A stretch of DNA of 35,571 nucleotides from a virus (Duplodnaviria; Caudoviricetes). Within the stretch, counting starts at the first letter, position 1. Each line of letters begins with the position of its first letter. Under the pieces are notes generated by a model. The model ran no database searches and was not told the origin of the DNA. It saw only the letters and a program-made list of their open reading frames with translations. The position numbers were made by a program, and so were the translations under genes. Positions 1-9,202 of the stretch are shown piece by piece. The DNA lies in IMG/VR virus record IMGVR_UViG_3300032155_000034, positions 1 through 35,571 of that record, one strand, 5' to 3'.

Positions 1-1212
<1,212 letters not shown>

Positions 1213-1216
1213 CGAC

Positions 1217-1290
1217 GTGTGAGATAACTAGGGCAGTGGGTGTGATATAACCGGGACCATTCGGGACCATCCGGGACATATCGGGACGAG
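1217..1290 (+). repeat. Prophage left-end repeats (candidate transposase-binding sites)
   Basis: GTGTGAGATAAC (1217-1228) and GTGTGATATAAC (1240-1251), then four tandem 10-mers YCGGGACNNN (1251-1290). Confidence 0.6.
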
Positions 1291-1321
1291 ACGCATGGAA
1301 TATGCTTCCGCATCGCGGAAT

Positions 1322-1353
1322 AACGAAGGGGGCCAATTGCCCCCTCTCGTTTT
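1322..1353. terminator. Hairpin at the distal end of the early operon, possible terminator
   Basis: AGGGGGC-CAATT-GCCCCCT stem (1327-1345) with AACGA/TCGTT flanks and a T run on the + strand. Confidence 0.45.
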
Positions 1354-1399
1354 GGGGCATCGCGCCCCCTTGATGCGTGTCTTTCGTGTTCACGTCAAC

Positions 1400-1561
1400 C
1401 TACTCGGTCGGATCCTCGTCGGAGTCGCCGCGCAGCCATTCCAGCGTGGCGATGATCCCATCTTCATAGCTCTGGCCGGGGTAGCGTGAGCGGTCCCGAC
1501 TTTCCATGGCCCATTGCTCAACACGCTGAATTTCTTCTTCGCTGCGTACAGTCTGGCACAT
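1400..1561 (-). CDS. Small hypothetical phage protein (53 aa), last gene of the early operon; not in the ORF track
   Basis: AAGGAG 7 nt upstream of the ATG; translates as MCQTVRSEEEIQRVEQWAMESRDRSRYPGQSYEDGIIATLEWLRGDSDEDPTE. Confidence 0.7.
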   Translation of the reverse strand: MCQTVRSEEEIQRVEQWAMESRDRSRYPGQSYEDGIIATLEWLRGDSDEDPTE

Positions 1562-1583
1562 CTCTATGCTCCTTGGTTGTCTG

Positions 1584-1943
1584 TTAGCTCAACGGTAGGG
1601 TCAGTTGCGGCGTGCGGCGTTTGGAGCGCTCGTCAGCGACGATCCGGTAAACGGCGGACAGCGACAGGCGATACTTCTTGGCTAGATCATGGACATTGTC
1701 GCCTGTGAACTCGTTATACAGGCGAGCGTTGCGGCGCGCATTGTCCATCGGGATGTAGACGGACTGTCCGCCCCACTCTTCTGCCAATCGGTCAGCGACA
1801 ACCCGTCCCAGGTCCTTGGGGATGGAAGCCAGTTCCTTGCGCTCCAGCAACCCGCGGATGCGCATTTCTTGCGCGGCGGCGGCTTCCACGGTCTCCTCTA
1901 CGTCCTTCAGAAGATCGCAACCGCGCTGGGTGAACCTGCTCAT
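1584..1943 (-). CDS. mor: Mor/C-family transcription activator
   Basis: WGGQSVYIP...RNARLYNEFTGDNVHDLAKKYRLSLSAVYRIV is a Mor-family signature. The start overlaps the gemA stop (ATGA). Confidence 0.88.
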   Translation of the reverse strand: MSRFTQRGCDLLKDVEETVEAAAAQEMRIRGLLERKELASIPKDLGRVVADRLAEEWGGQSVYIPMDNARRNARLYNEFTGDNVHDLAKKYRLSLSAVYRIVADERSKRRTPQLTLPLS

Positions 1944-2410
1944 GCTGCTGCCTCCTTGGCGATGGCCGCGATCTTCGCCCTGGCGGCCTCGTCTTCCACG
2001 CGGTCGCCCCATGCCTTGAGGGTTTCAATGACCGACTGCAATTGCTTGGACGTGCACCACTCCATCTTCTCGGCGCCGGTGATCCTCTTTACGTAGGCAA
2101 GCAGCGCCCGTTCGCTCTCGTTCCGGACCTCGCCTGCCGCGTGGAGAGCCAGCCACAGCGCGCGAATCTTGCTGGCCTGCGGCGAGTAGTCGGTCACGTC
2201 GGGCTTGGAAACGCTGAATCCGGCCCGCTTCATTGCGTCCATGACCGCCAGCAGTTCGCCGCGCCGCATGCCTTTGGTGGATTCCTTGCCCGTGGCGGCG
2301 CGCAGCATGGCCCGGTATGTGTCATCGTCCAGCCCGAGCTGGCGCTTGCCGACGTGGATCGCCTTGATCAGTCCGGCGTTGGCGTCGGTGCTCTTGGTTT
2401 GTCTGGCCAT
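1940..2410 (-). CDS. gemA: GemA/gp16-family protein (DUF1018)
   Basis: IKAIHVGKRQLGLDDDTYRAML...GKESTK and KIRALWLALH...VIETLKAW; adjacent to mor as in Mu. Confidence 0.88.
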   Translation of the reverse strand: MARQTKSTDANAGLIKAIHVGKRQLGLDDDTYRAMLRAATGKESTKGMRRGELLAVMDAMKRAGFSVSKPDVTDYSPQASKIRALWLALHAAGEVRNESERALLAYVKRITGAEKMEWCTSKQLQSVIETLKAWGDRVEDEAARAKIAAIAKEAAA

Positions 2411-2423
2411 GCTGCGCTCCTCC

Positions 2424-3029
2424 CTAGACCGCCGCGATGTCCAGCGGGATGTTGTCGTATCCGCCAGCGTCGTTGCGCTGGTAGACCCGCACGTATGCCT
2501 TGGTGCCGGTGATCTGGATGGAATCGCCGATGGCCTGCATCGCCTGCGCCCAGCGCTCGTCGGTGATGTCGAGACGGCGCAAGGCCAGGATGGCACCGGT
2601 GTTGAGCCTGCCCGTCTTGTCCATCCGGAACGCCTGGTTGATGATGGCCCGCAGTTCGGTACGGCTGTCGGAGGTCCATTCGCGCAGGCAGTCATCGATC
2701 AGGGCTTTTGCGGCCTGAAGGCGCTCGTCAAAGGTGATGTGCTCGGCAACGGACCGCAGAATTTTGAACCTGCCGTCGAACGAGGTCAGCGTGACGTTGC
2801 CCTTGTTGCCGCCCAGCTTGGCCCCGTACTGCTCGCAGGACATTTCCACGAACGCGCCGACATCATCCATGATCTCGGCCTTGAGCTTCGCCAGGGCCGC
2901 GCGCATGGCCTGCACCTTGGCGACCTTTTCCATGACCAACTTGTGCCGCTCGAAATCGATTTCCTTCACCTGTTCCCTGGGCACCATGTGGCCCTGGGCG
3001 TTCTCCATGAACCCGTTGAACCCGTCCAT
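2424..3029 (-). CDS. DUF3164-family Mu-like phage protein
   Basis: GGNKGNVTLTSFDG, FDERLQAAKALIDDCL and LALRRLDITDERW motifs. RBS spacing favours ATG 3029 (alternative 3035). Confidence 0.82.
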   Translation of the reverse strand: MDGFNGFMENAQGHMVPREQVKEIDFERHKLVMEKVAKVQAMRAALAKLKAEIMDDVGAFVEMSCEQYGAKLGGNKGNVTLTSFDGRFKILRSVAEHITFDERLQAAKALIDDCLREWTSDSRTELRAIINQAFRMDKTGRLNTGAILALRRLDITDERWAQAMQAIGDSIQITGTKAYVRVYQRNDAGGYDNIPLDIAAV

Positions 3030-3039
3030 GTCCATCTCC

Positions 3040-4188
3040 TTATATGCTGTTGATGACGTCGGCGGTCACGCGGGCCTCGCCGATGTGCGCGGCCATATTG
3101 ATGGATGCGACCAGCGCGTTGTTGACGGCCAGCGGGTAGACGAGGGAAACGGCGCGCCCGCCCTTGCTGCGCGGGCCGGACAGCTTGTCGGCCAGTGCCT
3201 TCAGCGCGTCGTCAGCGATGACCATCGCCATATCCACGCCAGCGCGCTGGAACTTATGGGCCACATAGGCGGGCAAGTCGTTGCCCAGCGGGTTGATGTC
3301 CACCACCTCGCAGCGTTGCACCACCTCGCGGACGGTGCTGTCCGCCTCGCCGAGCTTGGTGCGCAGTTCCGTCTGGCCGATGAGGATTACGGACAGCAGC
3401 TTGGAAAAGCCGTGCTCCAGCTCCAGAAAACGCTTCAGGTGCTTGATGGTGGCGTGCGACAGCGAGTGAGCCTCCTCAATGATCATGCAGTGGCGATTGC
3501 CCGCCTTGGCGCTATCGCGGAGCACGTTGTGCACCTGCCGAAAACGGGCCTCGGGGCTGCTCATGCATTTTGCGTGGGGGGCCACGGTCGCCAGGATGGC
3601 CTCCGACAGGTGGATGCTCTTGAGGGTCTTGCCCTGCTTGTCGTTGTCCTCGGAGGCCAGCACGTAGGGCTCTATTATGATGATGGGCAGCCGATCGGCG
3701 TCGATACGGTGGAGCAGGTCTTTCCGTAGCGTGGTTTTCCCCGACCCCGATTCGCCGATGACGGCGAGCAAGGTGCCTTGCCGCAACGCGGCATCGCGCA
3801 TGGTTTCGCGCACGTAACGCAAGTCGCCGGACAGCCACACGTCATCGGGGCCGTTCAGGTCATCGGAAAACGGGTTGCGAACCAACGAGAACTGCCGCTT
3901 TGCCTGGGGGGTCAAGGTCTGCTTGCGCATCAGCATGGTGTCATCCTCCATTGATTCGGTGCCGGGCTTGCCCGGCTTGGTTTCGTTCAGTGCCGCAAGG
4001 GCAGCCGCCTTGCTCACGCCGCATGCCATCAGGCAATCCAGCAGCCGGGACCTTACTTCTTCTGTGCCGCGCTTGGGCCACTCGCCCCGCGTGACGATGG
4101 ACGAGAGCGCCGCCGGGCTGATGCCAACCGCGTCGGCCACCGCGCGCTGGGGCTGTCCCAGTCCTTCCAGCAGTTGCTTCAGCCGCAT
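3040..4188 (-). CDS. MuB/ExeA-like transposition AAA+ ATPase with N-terminal XRE HTH
   Basis: HTH (QRAVADAVGISPAALSSIV), Walker A GESGSGKTT, Walker B IIEEAH, ILIGQTEL; directly downstream of the transposase. Confidence 0.88.
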   Translation of the reverse strand: MRLKQLLEGLGQPQRAVADAVGISPAALSSIVTRGEWPKRGTEEVRSRLLDCLMACGVSKAAALAALNETKPGKPGTESMEDDTMLMRKQTLTPQAKRQFSLVRNPFSDDLNGPDDVWLSGDLRYVRETMRDAALRQGTLLAVIGESGSGKTTLRKDLLHRIDADRLPIIIIEPYVLASEDNDKQGKTLKSIHLSEAILATVAPHAKCMSSPEARFRQVHNVLRDSAKAGNRHCMIIEEAHSLSHATIKHLKRFLELEHGFSKLLSVILIGQTELRTKLGEADSTVREVVQRCEVVDINPLGNDLPAYVAHKFQRAGVDMAMVIADDALKALADKLSGPRSKGGRAVSLVYPLAVNNALVASINMAAHIGEARVTADVINSI

Positions 4189-5958
4189 CTACATTCCTCC
4201 TGCGGCGACCAGGCGCAGCGGCGCGGGGGCTGCCGCCGGGGCCGGGGTTGCGAAGCGGGCCGCGATGTCTTCCAGCGCGTCCTGCGGAACTCCATCGGGG
4301 TAGCGCTGCCGCAACCAGGCCATGGCATCCGGCCCCCACTTGTCGCCCACCATCCCGCGCAGCTGCTTGGCCGCATCCACGTGGGACAGCGGTGCGACCT
4401 CGCGCCGGGCCGCGTCCACGTCCAGCGCCGTGCCTCGGCGCGGGATGTAAGTGGGCGCGTCCTGCGTGTCGGCCAGCATGTCGAGGTGCGTGTACGCCGC
4501 CTTGCGGGACTTGGCGGCCTTGTCGGCATCGGCCAGCGTGTCCGCCGCGTAGGCCTCGCGCTTGATGTCCTTGAGCACCGTGTCGGTCTTGGTGTCCGGC
4601 AGCGCCGCGTACCCATCGCCGATGACCTGTGCGTCCACCCTGAAGCCCGCCGCGTCGCGTTGGATGGGTTCCACCGTGGTGACGATCTCGGTCCCGTCCG
4701 CCTTGGTGACGATCACATCCACAGCCGGGGCGCGGTACGGGTTGACCGTCACCTTGACCGTCTGGCCCACCACGATGCCGTCCACATAGCGCACATCGTA
4801 GTCGCGCGACTTCTGGCCCTTGATGGCGTGGGATATGGTCATCTTAGGCGTCACCTTCACCTCGCGCGGCTCGGTGGCCACCAGGTCGCGCAGCATATCC
4901 TCTGACGGGGCCACGCGCAGCTGCTCCTGGCGAATGGACAGCCACGCCTCGTTGCGGGTGCGCCCGTGGCGCCCGTGGATGGCGGTGGCGTTCCAATGTA
5001 TGCGCCACCGTTCGGCGGCGGCGTTGAGGGCGTCGATGTCGGCGATCTGCATGCACGACAGCCGCCCCTCGAACTGCGTTTCGATGAGGTTCTGCCCCTG
5101 TTCCACTTGCCCCTTGGCACGCGGATTCCCCGGCTTGTGCGGCAGATGCTTGATGCCCAGCGAGCGCAACCAGCGCGTGACCAACCCGGAGAGGTTGCCC
5201 GCACCCTTGTCGGACAGCAGCACCCAGGGCACGCCGTGCATGGGGTCGTGCGGCCCTCGGTGCACCATGGCCCGTATCAGGGTATCCAACACGGACATGG
5301 CGTCCTCGCTGCCCAGCACGTACCGGAAGAACAGCGCGCCGCTGTTGTGGTCGGTAATCACGATGCGCCACACTCTGTCGCGCTCGGCCCGCTCCAGGTT
5401 GGCGGGTTTGTTTTTGTAATAGACCGCCTCGTCCATCACGCGGACCTTTCCGCGCGGCAGGTAGAACACCACGCACAGAGAGGCGTCGATGGCCCACACG
5501 TGGTTGGGGTGCAAACTGCGCAGTTCCATCGCCGGGTTGCCGCGCTCCAACTGGTCCGGATGGCACCCGTAGATGGACATGGCGCGGGCCACTGTACTGG
5601 GGCTGGGCATGGCGATCTCTCCTGTTTTCGGGTTGACCACCCCGTAGCCGTTGCCGCCCAGGATGTCGCAGGCCACGGTGATGGGCATGGTTTTTTTGCC
5701 GTTGGCGCGGGTGGCCACCTTGACCAAACCGGCGGTGAAGCGGGCCAGTTCCTCTGGCACGCTGATGCACCCCCGGTCGGCGCGGGTCTTGCGCCCGCTT
5801 TCCCAGCCCACTTTGCGCAGCTGGCGATACACCGTCTGCACGCTGCACCGCAGCGCCTTGCTGGCGGCAGCCACCAGCGCGCCGCTCTCGGCGGGGGCTG
5901 CGTCCAGATTGGCCTTCAGGCGCATGAGGTATTCAAGGCGCGGCGCGTCCATGACCAT
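4189..5958 (-). CDS. Mu-like DDE transposase (MuA equivalent)
   Basis: N-terminal HTH then RKTRADRG; catalytic D (WAIDAS), D (LSDKGAG) and E (AKGQVEQ). Confidence 0.92.
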   Translation of the reverse strand: MVMDAPRLEYLMRLKANLDAAPAESGALVAAASKALRCSVQTVYRQLRKVGWESGRKTRADRGCISVPEELARFTAGLVKVATRANGKKTMPITVACDILGGNGYGVVNPKTGEIAMPSPSTVARAMSIYGCHPDQLERGNPAMELRSLHPNHVWAIDASLCVVFYLPRGKVRVMDEAVYYKNKPANLERAERDRVWRIVITDHNSGALFFRYVLGSEDAMSVLDTLIRAMVHRGPHDPMHGVPWVLLSDKGAGNLSGLVTRWLRSLGIKHLPHKPGNPRAKGQVEQGQNLIETQFEGRLSCMQIADIDALNAAAERWRIHWNATAIHGRHGRTRNEAWLSIRQEQLRVAPSEDMLRDLVATEPREVKVTPKMTISHAIKGQKSRDYDVRYVDGIVVGQTVKVTVNPYRAPAVDVIVTKADGTEIVTTVEPIQRDAAGFRVDAQVIGDGYAALPDTKTDTVLKDIKREAYAADTLADADKAAKSRKAAYTHLDMLADTQDAPTYIPRRGTALDVDAARREVAPLSHVDAAKQLRGMVGDKWGPDAMAWLRQRYPDGVPQDALEDIAARFATPAPAAAPAPLRLVAAGGM

Positions 5959-5961
5959 CCC

Positions 5962-7119
5962 CTATTCGGCGCTGTCGTCGCCCGTCGCGTCACCGCGCTT
6001 GCCGTCCACGTCGCCCTGCCACTTGGGGTACACGACCTGCCGGAAATCCACGTCGATGCTGTTTTCGTGCAGCAGATCGGCCAGCCGGAGGCACACGTTG
6101 CTCCATGCCTCGTGCATGTAGGCGCACGTGGCCGCGTTGGCTTCGCGGTTTTCCAGCACCGCCCTTGCGACGGCGAGGCCCTGCACCGCCGCGCCCACAA
6201 AACCGTGCAGCGCCGCGTCCAGTTCCTTGCGGGCGTTGGCCTCGCGCTCCATTTCCAGTTCCAGCCGCTTGTCCGGGGGCAGGTTGGTGAGCTTGGCAAG
6301 TTCGGTCTGCGCCTCGTCCAGCGCCTTGTTCTTGGTGGCCAACACCTTGTCGCGGGCGGCCAGGTCGGCGGCCAGGTCTTCTTTCTCCTTGCGGACGGTG
6401 GCGTTGCGGGCGGCCAAGTCTTCCAGAAGGTCTTTCAGCGCCTCGGGATCGTTCGACCGCACCTCTTCGCCCTCAATGACCAGCTGCCGGGTGTCATCGG
6501 GCAGCGCCCGCAGTTGGCGCAGCTGGCGGTACCCAAGGCCCAGGCGCTGGGAGGCTTCCAGGAACTCCTCGCCGAACATGGCAAGATTCTGGAGGTCTTC
6601 CAGCACCTTCGACCGGCTCACTCCCAGCACGTCGCACACGTCCTCGAAACTGGTCATTTCCACCAGTTCACCCTTGGGGTTCGTGGCCATCTGCCCCTTG
6701 TAGGCCTTGGTGTCCTTGAGTTCGGCCAGAAACTTCAGGCGGGCGAGGCCCGTAAAGCGGGCGATGTAATCGAAGGAGCGCAGCTGCCCCACCATTTCGG
6801 ACAGCTGCACCTGCTGCGTGGTGACCGCTTCGGCCAGCGTGGTGGCCACCGTGCGGGTGGCTTCGATGGATGCGGTGACCGCGCCGGGAAGGTCGGGCAG
6901 CGGTTCCACCGGGGTGGTGGCCGTGGCCGGGCGGCCACGGCGGGCGGTGGTGGCGGCTGCGTCGTTGAGGGCGTCGGTCATGGCTTCGGGCGTGGTCATG
7001 GTGCGGGTCTCCTTGGGTTGCGTGTTGAAACGGTCCAGCCAGACCTTGCGGGCATCGTCCGGGATATTGTCCGGGCTGTCGGCGTATATCTCGGCCAGCG
7101 TCGCGGGGGCCTTGGTCAT
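5962..7119 (-). CDS. DUF3102-like phage protein with coiled coil
   Basis: SFEDVCDVLGVSRSKVLEDLQNLAMFGEEFLEASQRLGLGYRQLRQLRALP and its position upstream of the transposase. A second strong start lies at 6999. Confidence 0.7.
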   Translation of the reverse strand: MTKAPATLAEIYADSPDNIPDDARKVWLDRFNTQPKETRTMTTPEAMTDALNDAAATTARRGRPATATTPVEPLPDLPGAVTASIEATRTVATTLAEAVTTQQVQLSEMVGQLRSFDYIARFTGLARLKFLAELKDTKAYKGQMATNPKGELVEMTSFEDVCDVLGVSRSKVLEDLQNLAMFGEEFLEASQRLGLGYRQLRQLRALPDDTRQLVIEGEEVRSNDPEALKDLLEDLAARNATVRKEKEDLAADLAARDKVLATKNKALDEAQTELAKLTNLPPDKRLELEMEREANARKELDAALHGFVGAAVQGLAVARAVLENREANAATCAYMHEAWSNVCLRLADLLHENSIDVDFRQVVYPKWQGDVDGKRGDATGDDSAE

Positions 7120-7454
7120 GGCGTACCCCCTCCGGGGCCGCCCAAGGCCAACGCCCCGGCGACGATGCGCTGATTGAGTTCGGATATGCGCAGCGTGGTG
7201 CGCTCCACGTGATTGGAATAGGCCTGCGCGATTTGCAGCAGCGTGGCGGAGAGGGTCCAGCGCCCGGATTCCAGACGTTGCACCCAGCCCTCATCGGCCA
7301 GCACGGCAAGGTCGCGGCAGATGGTGGGGGGCGGTGCGCCCAGGGCGTCGGCCAGTTCCTTGTTGCTGAGGCCGTCCAGCACGCGCCCGGCGAGGATTTT
7401 CAGGATGCGCAGGCATCTGCGGGTGGCGGCGTTGGCAGTGGTTTGCGTGGTCAT
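7116..7454 (-). CDS. IclR-type winged-HTH DNA-binding protein
   Basis: RCLRILKILAG...GLSNKELADALGAPPPTICRDLAVLADEGWVQR. Confidence 0.82.
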   Translation of the reverse strand: MTTQTTANAATRRCLRILKILAGRVLDGLSNKELADALGAPPPTICRDLAVLADEGWVQRLESGRWTLSATLLQIAQAYSNHVERTTLRISELNQRIVAGALALGGPGGGTP

Positions 7455-7456
7455 GG

Positions 7457-8287
7457 CTAGCCCCGCTGCATCTTTGTGCTGACACCGAACTGATAGTCGC
7501 CGTCATTCTGCGGCAGGAGCGACCACACCGTCATGCCGAGCTTGCGGGCGTGATCCAGTTCCGCGCGGATGCCGACAGACTGCTCCCACCCGTCAATCAT
7601 GAGGATGCACAAGGACTTTGTTGCGGCGAGCATGGCAAGGCACACGTGCTGCCACGCCTGCCAGTCGCCCTTGGCTCCCCACACGGCCATGGGGTGCCCC
7701 ATGGAGATGGGCGACAGCACCCTGTGCCCGTTGTTCATCAGCCACGCGGCGGCGCGGGCAGCTTCCAGCCAGCGCTGTTCCCTGACGGAATGCTCGGGGT
7801 GGCTGTAGGGCGAGGCGAGGTAGAAGAAATACTTCTCGCCGCAACTGCCTGCCGAATGCTTGGAGGGGGCGAGAAACTGGAGCTTCCCCTCGGCGATGGC
7901 GGATTCATCGAGCACCTTTTCATGGGCGTGCCCGCAGCAGGGGCAGTGCCAGTCGCAGTTGAGGACCACCTTGTTGCTGCCGCTATACCCAAAGCCCGTG
8001 TTGCGCGTGCGAATCTGCATGACGGCGTTGTCGGGTACCGCGTCGCGAACGCTGGCGTACTCGTTGCGGGGCACGTCCAGCGCGCGAACGAACGAACCTA
8101 CGTAGTCCTTCTTGAACTTGGGGGCCGGGACTACATCCCACGCGCGGACATCCGCCGGGCGGACGGGGTTCCAATCCTTGCCAAGGGCAGCGGCCAGCCT
8201 GTCGTGCTCGGCCTGTTCGCGGGCCTCGCGGTCGGCCCTGTATTTTTCCATGTGCTCGTCGTGGCCGTAGGGGCTAGGCGTTTCCAT
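7457..8287 (-). CDS. DUF1937/DUF4406-like (nucleoside 2-deoxyribosyltransferase fold) protein with N-terminal Cys-rich extension
   Basis: YLASPYSHP...VLSPISMGHP...IDGWEQSVGIRAELDHARKLG; upstream CDWHCPCCGHAH motif. Confidence 0.72.
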   Translation of the reverse strand: METPSPYGHDEHMEKYRADREAREQAEHDRLAAALGKDWNPVRPADVRAWDVVPAPKFKKDYVGSFVRALDVPRNEYASVRDAVPDNAVMQIRTRNTGFGYSGSNKVVLNCDWHCPCCGHAHEKVLDESAIAEGKLQFLAPSKHSAGSCGEKYFFYLASPYSHPEHSVREQRWLEAARAAAWLMNNGHRVLSPISMGHPMAVWGAKGDWQAWQHVCLAMLAATKSLCILMIDGWEQSVGIRAELDHARKLGMTVWSLLPQNDGDYQFGVSTKMQRG

Positions 8288-8474
8288 GGCGGCCTCCCAT
8301 GCCCGGCAGGGTCGGCTGGCGACGGCCGGTCAGCTGGTCCAGTTGGGCGTCCACGCGCTTTTCCGCCGCGCGGGCGGCGTCCAGGTCGGGCAGGTCGCGG
8401 GTGCGGAAGTAGGTGCGCTGCAACTGACGCATGCGGTCCACGTCGGCGATGAAGGTCTTGATGTCGGCGGCCAT
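8274..8474 (-). CDS. Small hypothetical phage protein (66 aa)
   Basis: GGAGG RBS; coupled to both neighbours; VDRMRQLQRTYFRTR...AEKRVD helical hairpin. Confidence 0.7.
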   Translation of the reverse strand: MAADIKTFIADVDRMRQLQRTYFRTRDLPDLDAARAAEKRVDAQLDQLTGRRQPTLPGMGGRHGNA

Positions 8475-8476
8475 GG

Positions 8477-8965
8477 CTAACCCTCCTGCGGCTCGAAGAT
8501 AGACGTCCACGCCACGGCGGCTTCCGCCGAGGTGAAGACGGCTGCGAATGCGCGGTCCCGCTTCTCATGGTCGGGATATGTCCCTTCGCGCAGGGTGGTC
8601 GGCCAGTCCTTGCCTTGAATGACCTGAATCACCAGTTCCCCGTCGTCGTTGGTTTCCTTCAGGACCAGCACCTGACCGCCGTCGAGATCGAACAGGCGGG
8701 CGAACGGCACAGGCTCAAGAAGTCCTTTCCCGGGCATGATGCGGAAGACGTCCTGACGCATCTTGTCGGCGCAGAAGAACGCGCCATCCTCGGCTATGTT
8801 GTCGAACATCTGGTGGACCAGGCTGGCGTCGTTGACGGACATATGGGTGGTAGCCATCAGAGCGTCATCAAGATCAATGGTGACAAGCAGGGCAGGCCGT
8901 CCCTCGTGTTGCCCCTTGCGGACAAGAACCTGCTGGCCGTCGCGTTCGAAGAGTTTGGCGAACAT
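8477..8965 (-). CDS. Hypothetical protein made of two tandem copies of a ~75-aa domain
   Basis: FAKLFERDGQQVLVRK versus FARLFDLDGGQVLVLK; starts 2 nt after the upstream stop. Confidence 0.72.
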   Translation of the reverse strand: MFAKLFERDGQQVLVRKGQHEGRPALLVTIDLDDALMATTHMSVNDASLVHQMFDNIAEDGAFFCADKMRQDVFRIMPGKGLLEPVPFARLFDLDGGQVLVLKETNDDGELVIQVIQGKDWPTTLREGTYPDHEKRDRAFAAVFTSAEAAVAWTSIFEPQEG

Positions 8966-8967
8966 GG

Positions 8968-9192
8968 CTAACCCCACAGCCCCAACACGCGGGGCCATCC
9001 CCACACGTTGTCCTCGGTCAAGATGTCGAACGCGGTGTCGCTGTCGGATGCGCGGCGCAGCGTCAGCGTAAACGTGGTGTCGGCCCCATCTTTGTGGGTG
9101 TGGACGAGGATGATGGCCGCCTCGCCGTCCTCGTCAAAGCCGGTACTGACGGTGATCTTCTCGCCGTCGCGCTCAAACGCCTTGGTCTTCAT
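8968..9192 (-). CDS. Small acidic hypothetical protein (74 aa), single copy of the same domain
   Basis: GAGGAG RBS; MKTKAFERDGEKITVSTGFDEDGEAAIILV. Confidence 0.7.
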   Translation of the reverse strand: MKTKAFERDGEKITVSTGFDEDGEAAIILVHTHKDGADTTFTLTLRRASDSDTAFDILTEDNVWGWPRVLGLWG

Positions 9193-9202
9193 CGCCAACT
9201 CC

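Noticed and set aside
1251-1290. Tandem repeats as a CRISPR array
   Set aside because: Units are 10 bp with no spacers, and there are no cas genes.
4966-7173. 735-aa + strand ORF
   Set aside because: Antisense shadow of the transposase and DUF3102-like genes in high-GC DNA; no recognisable motifs.
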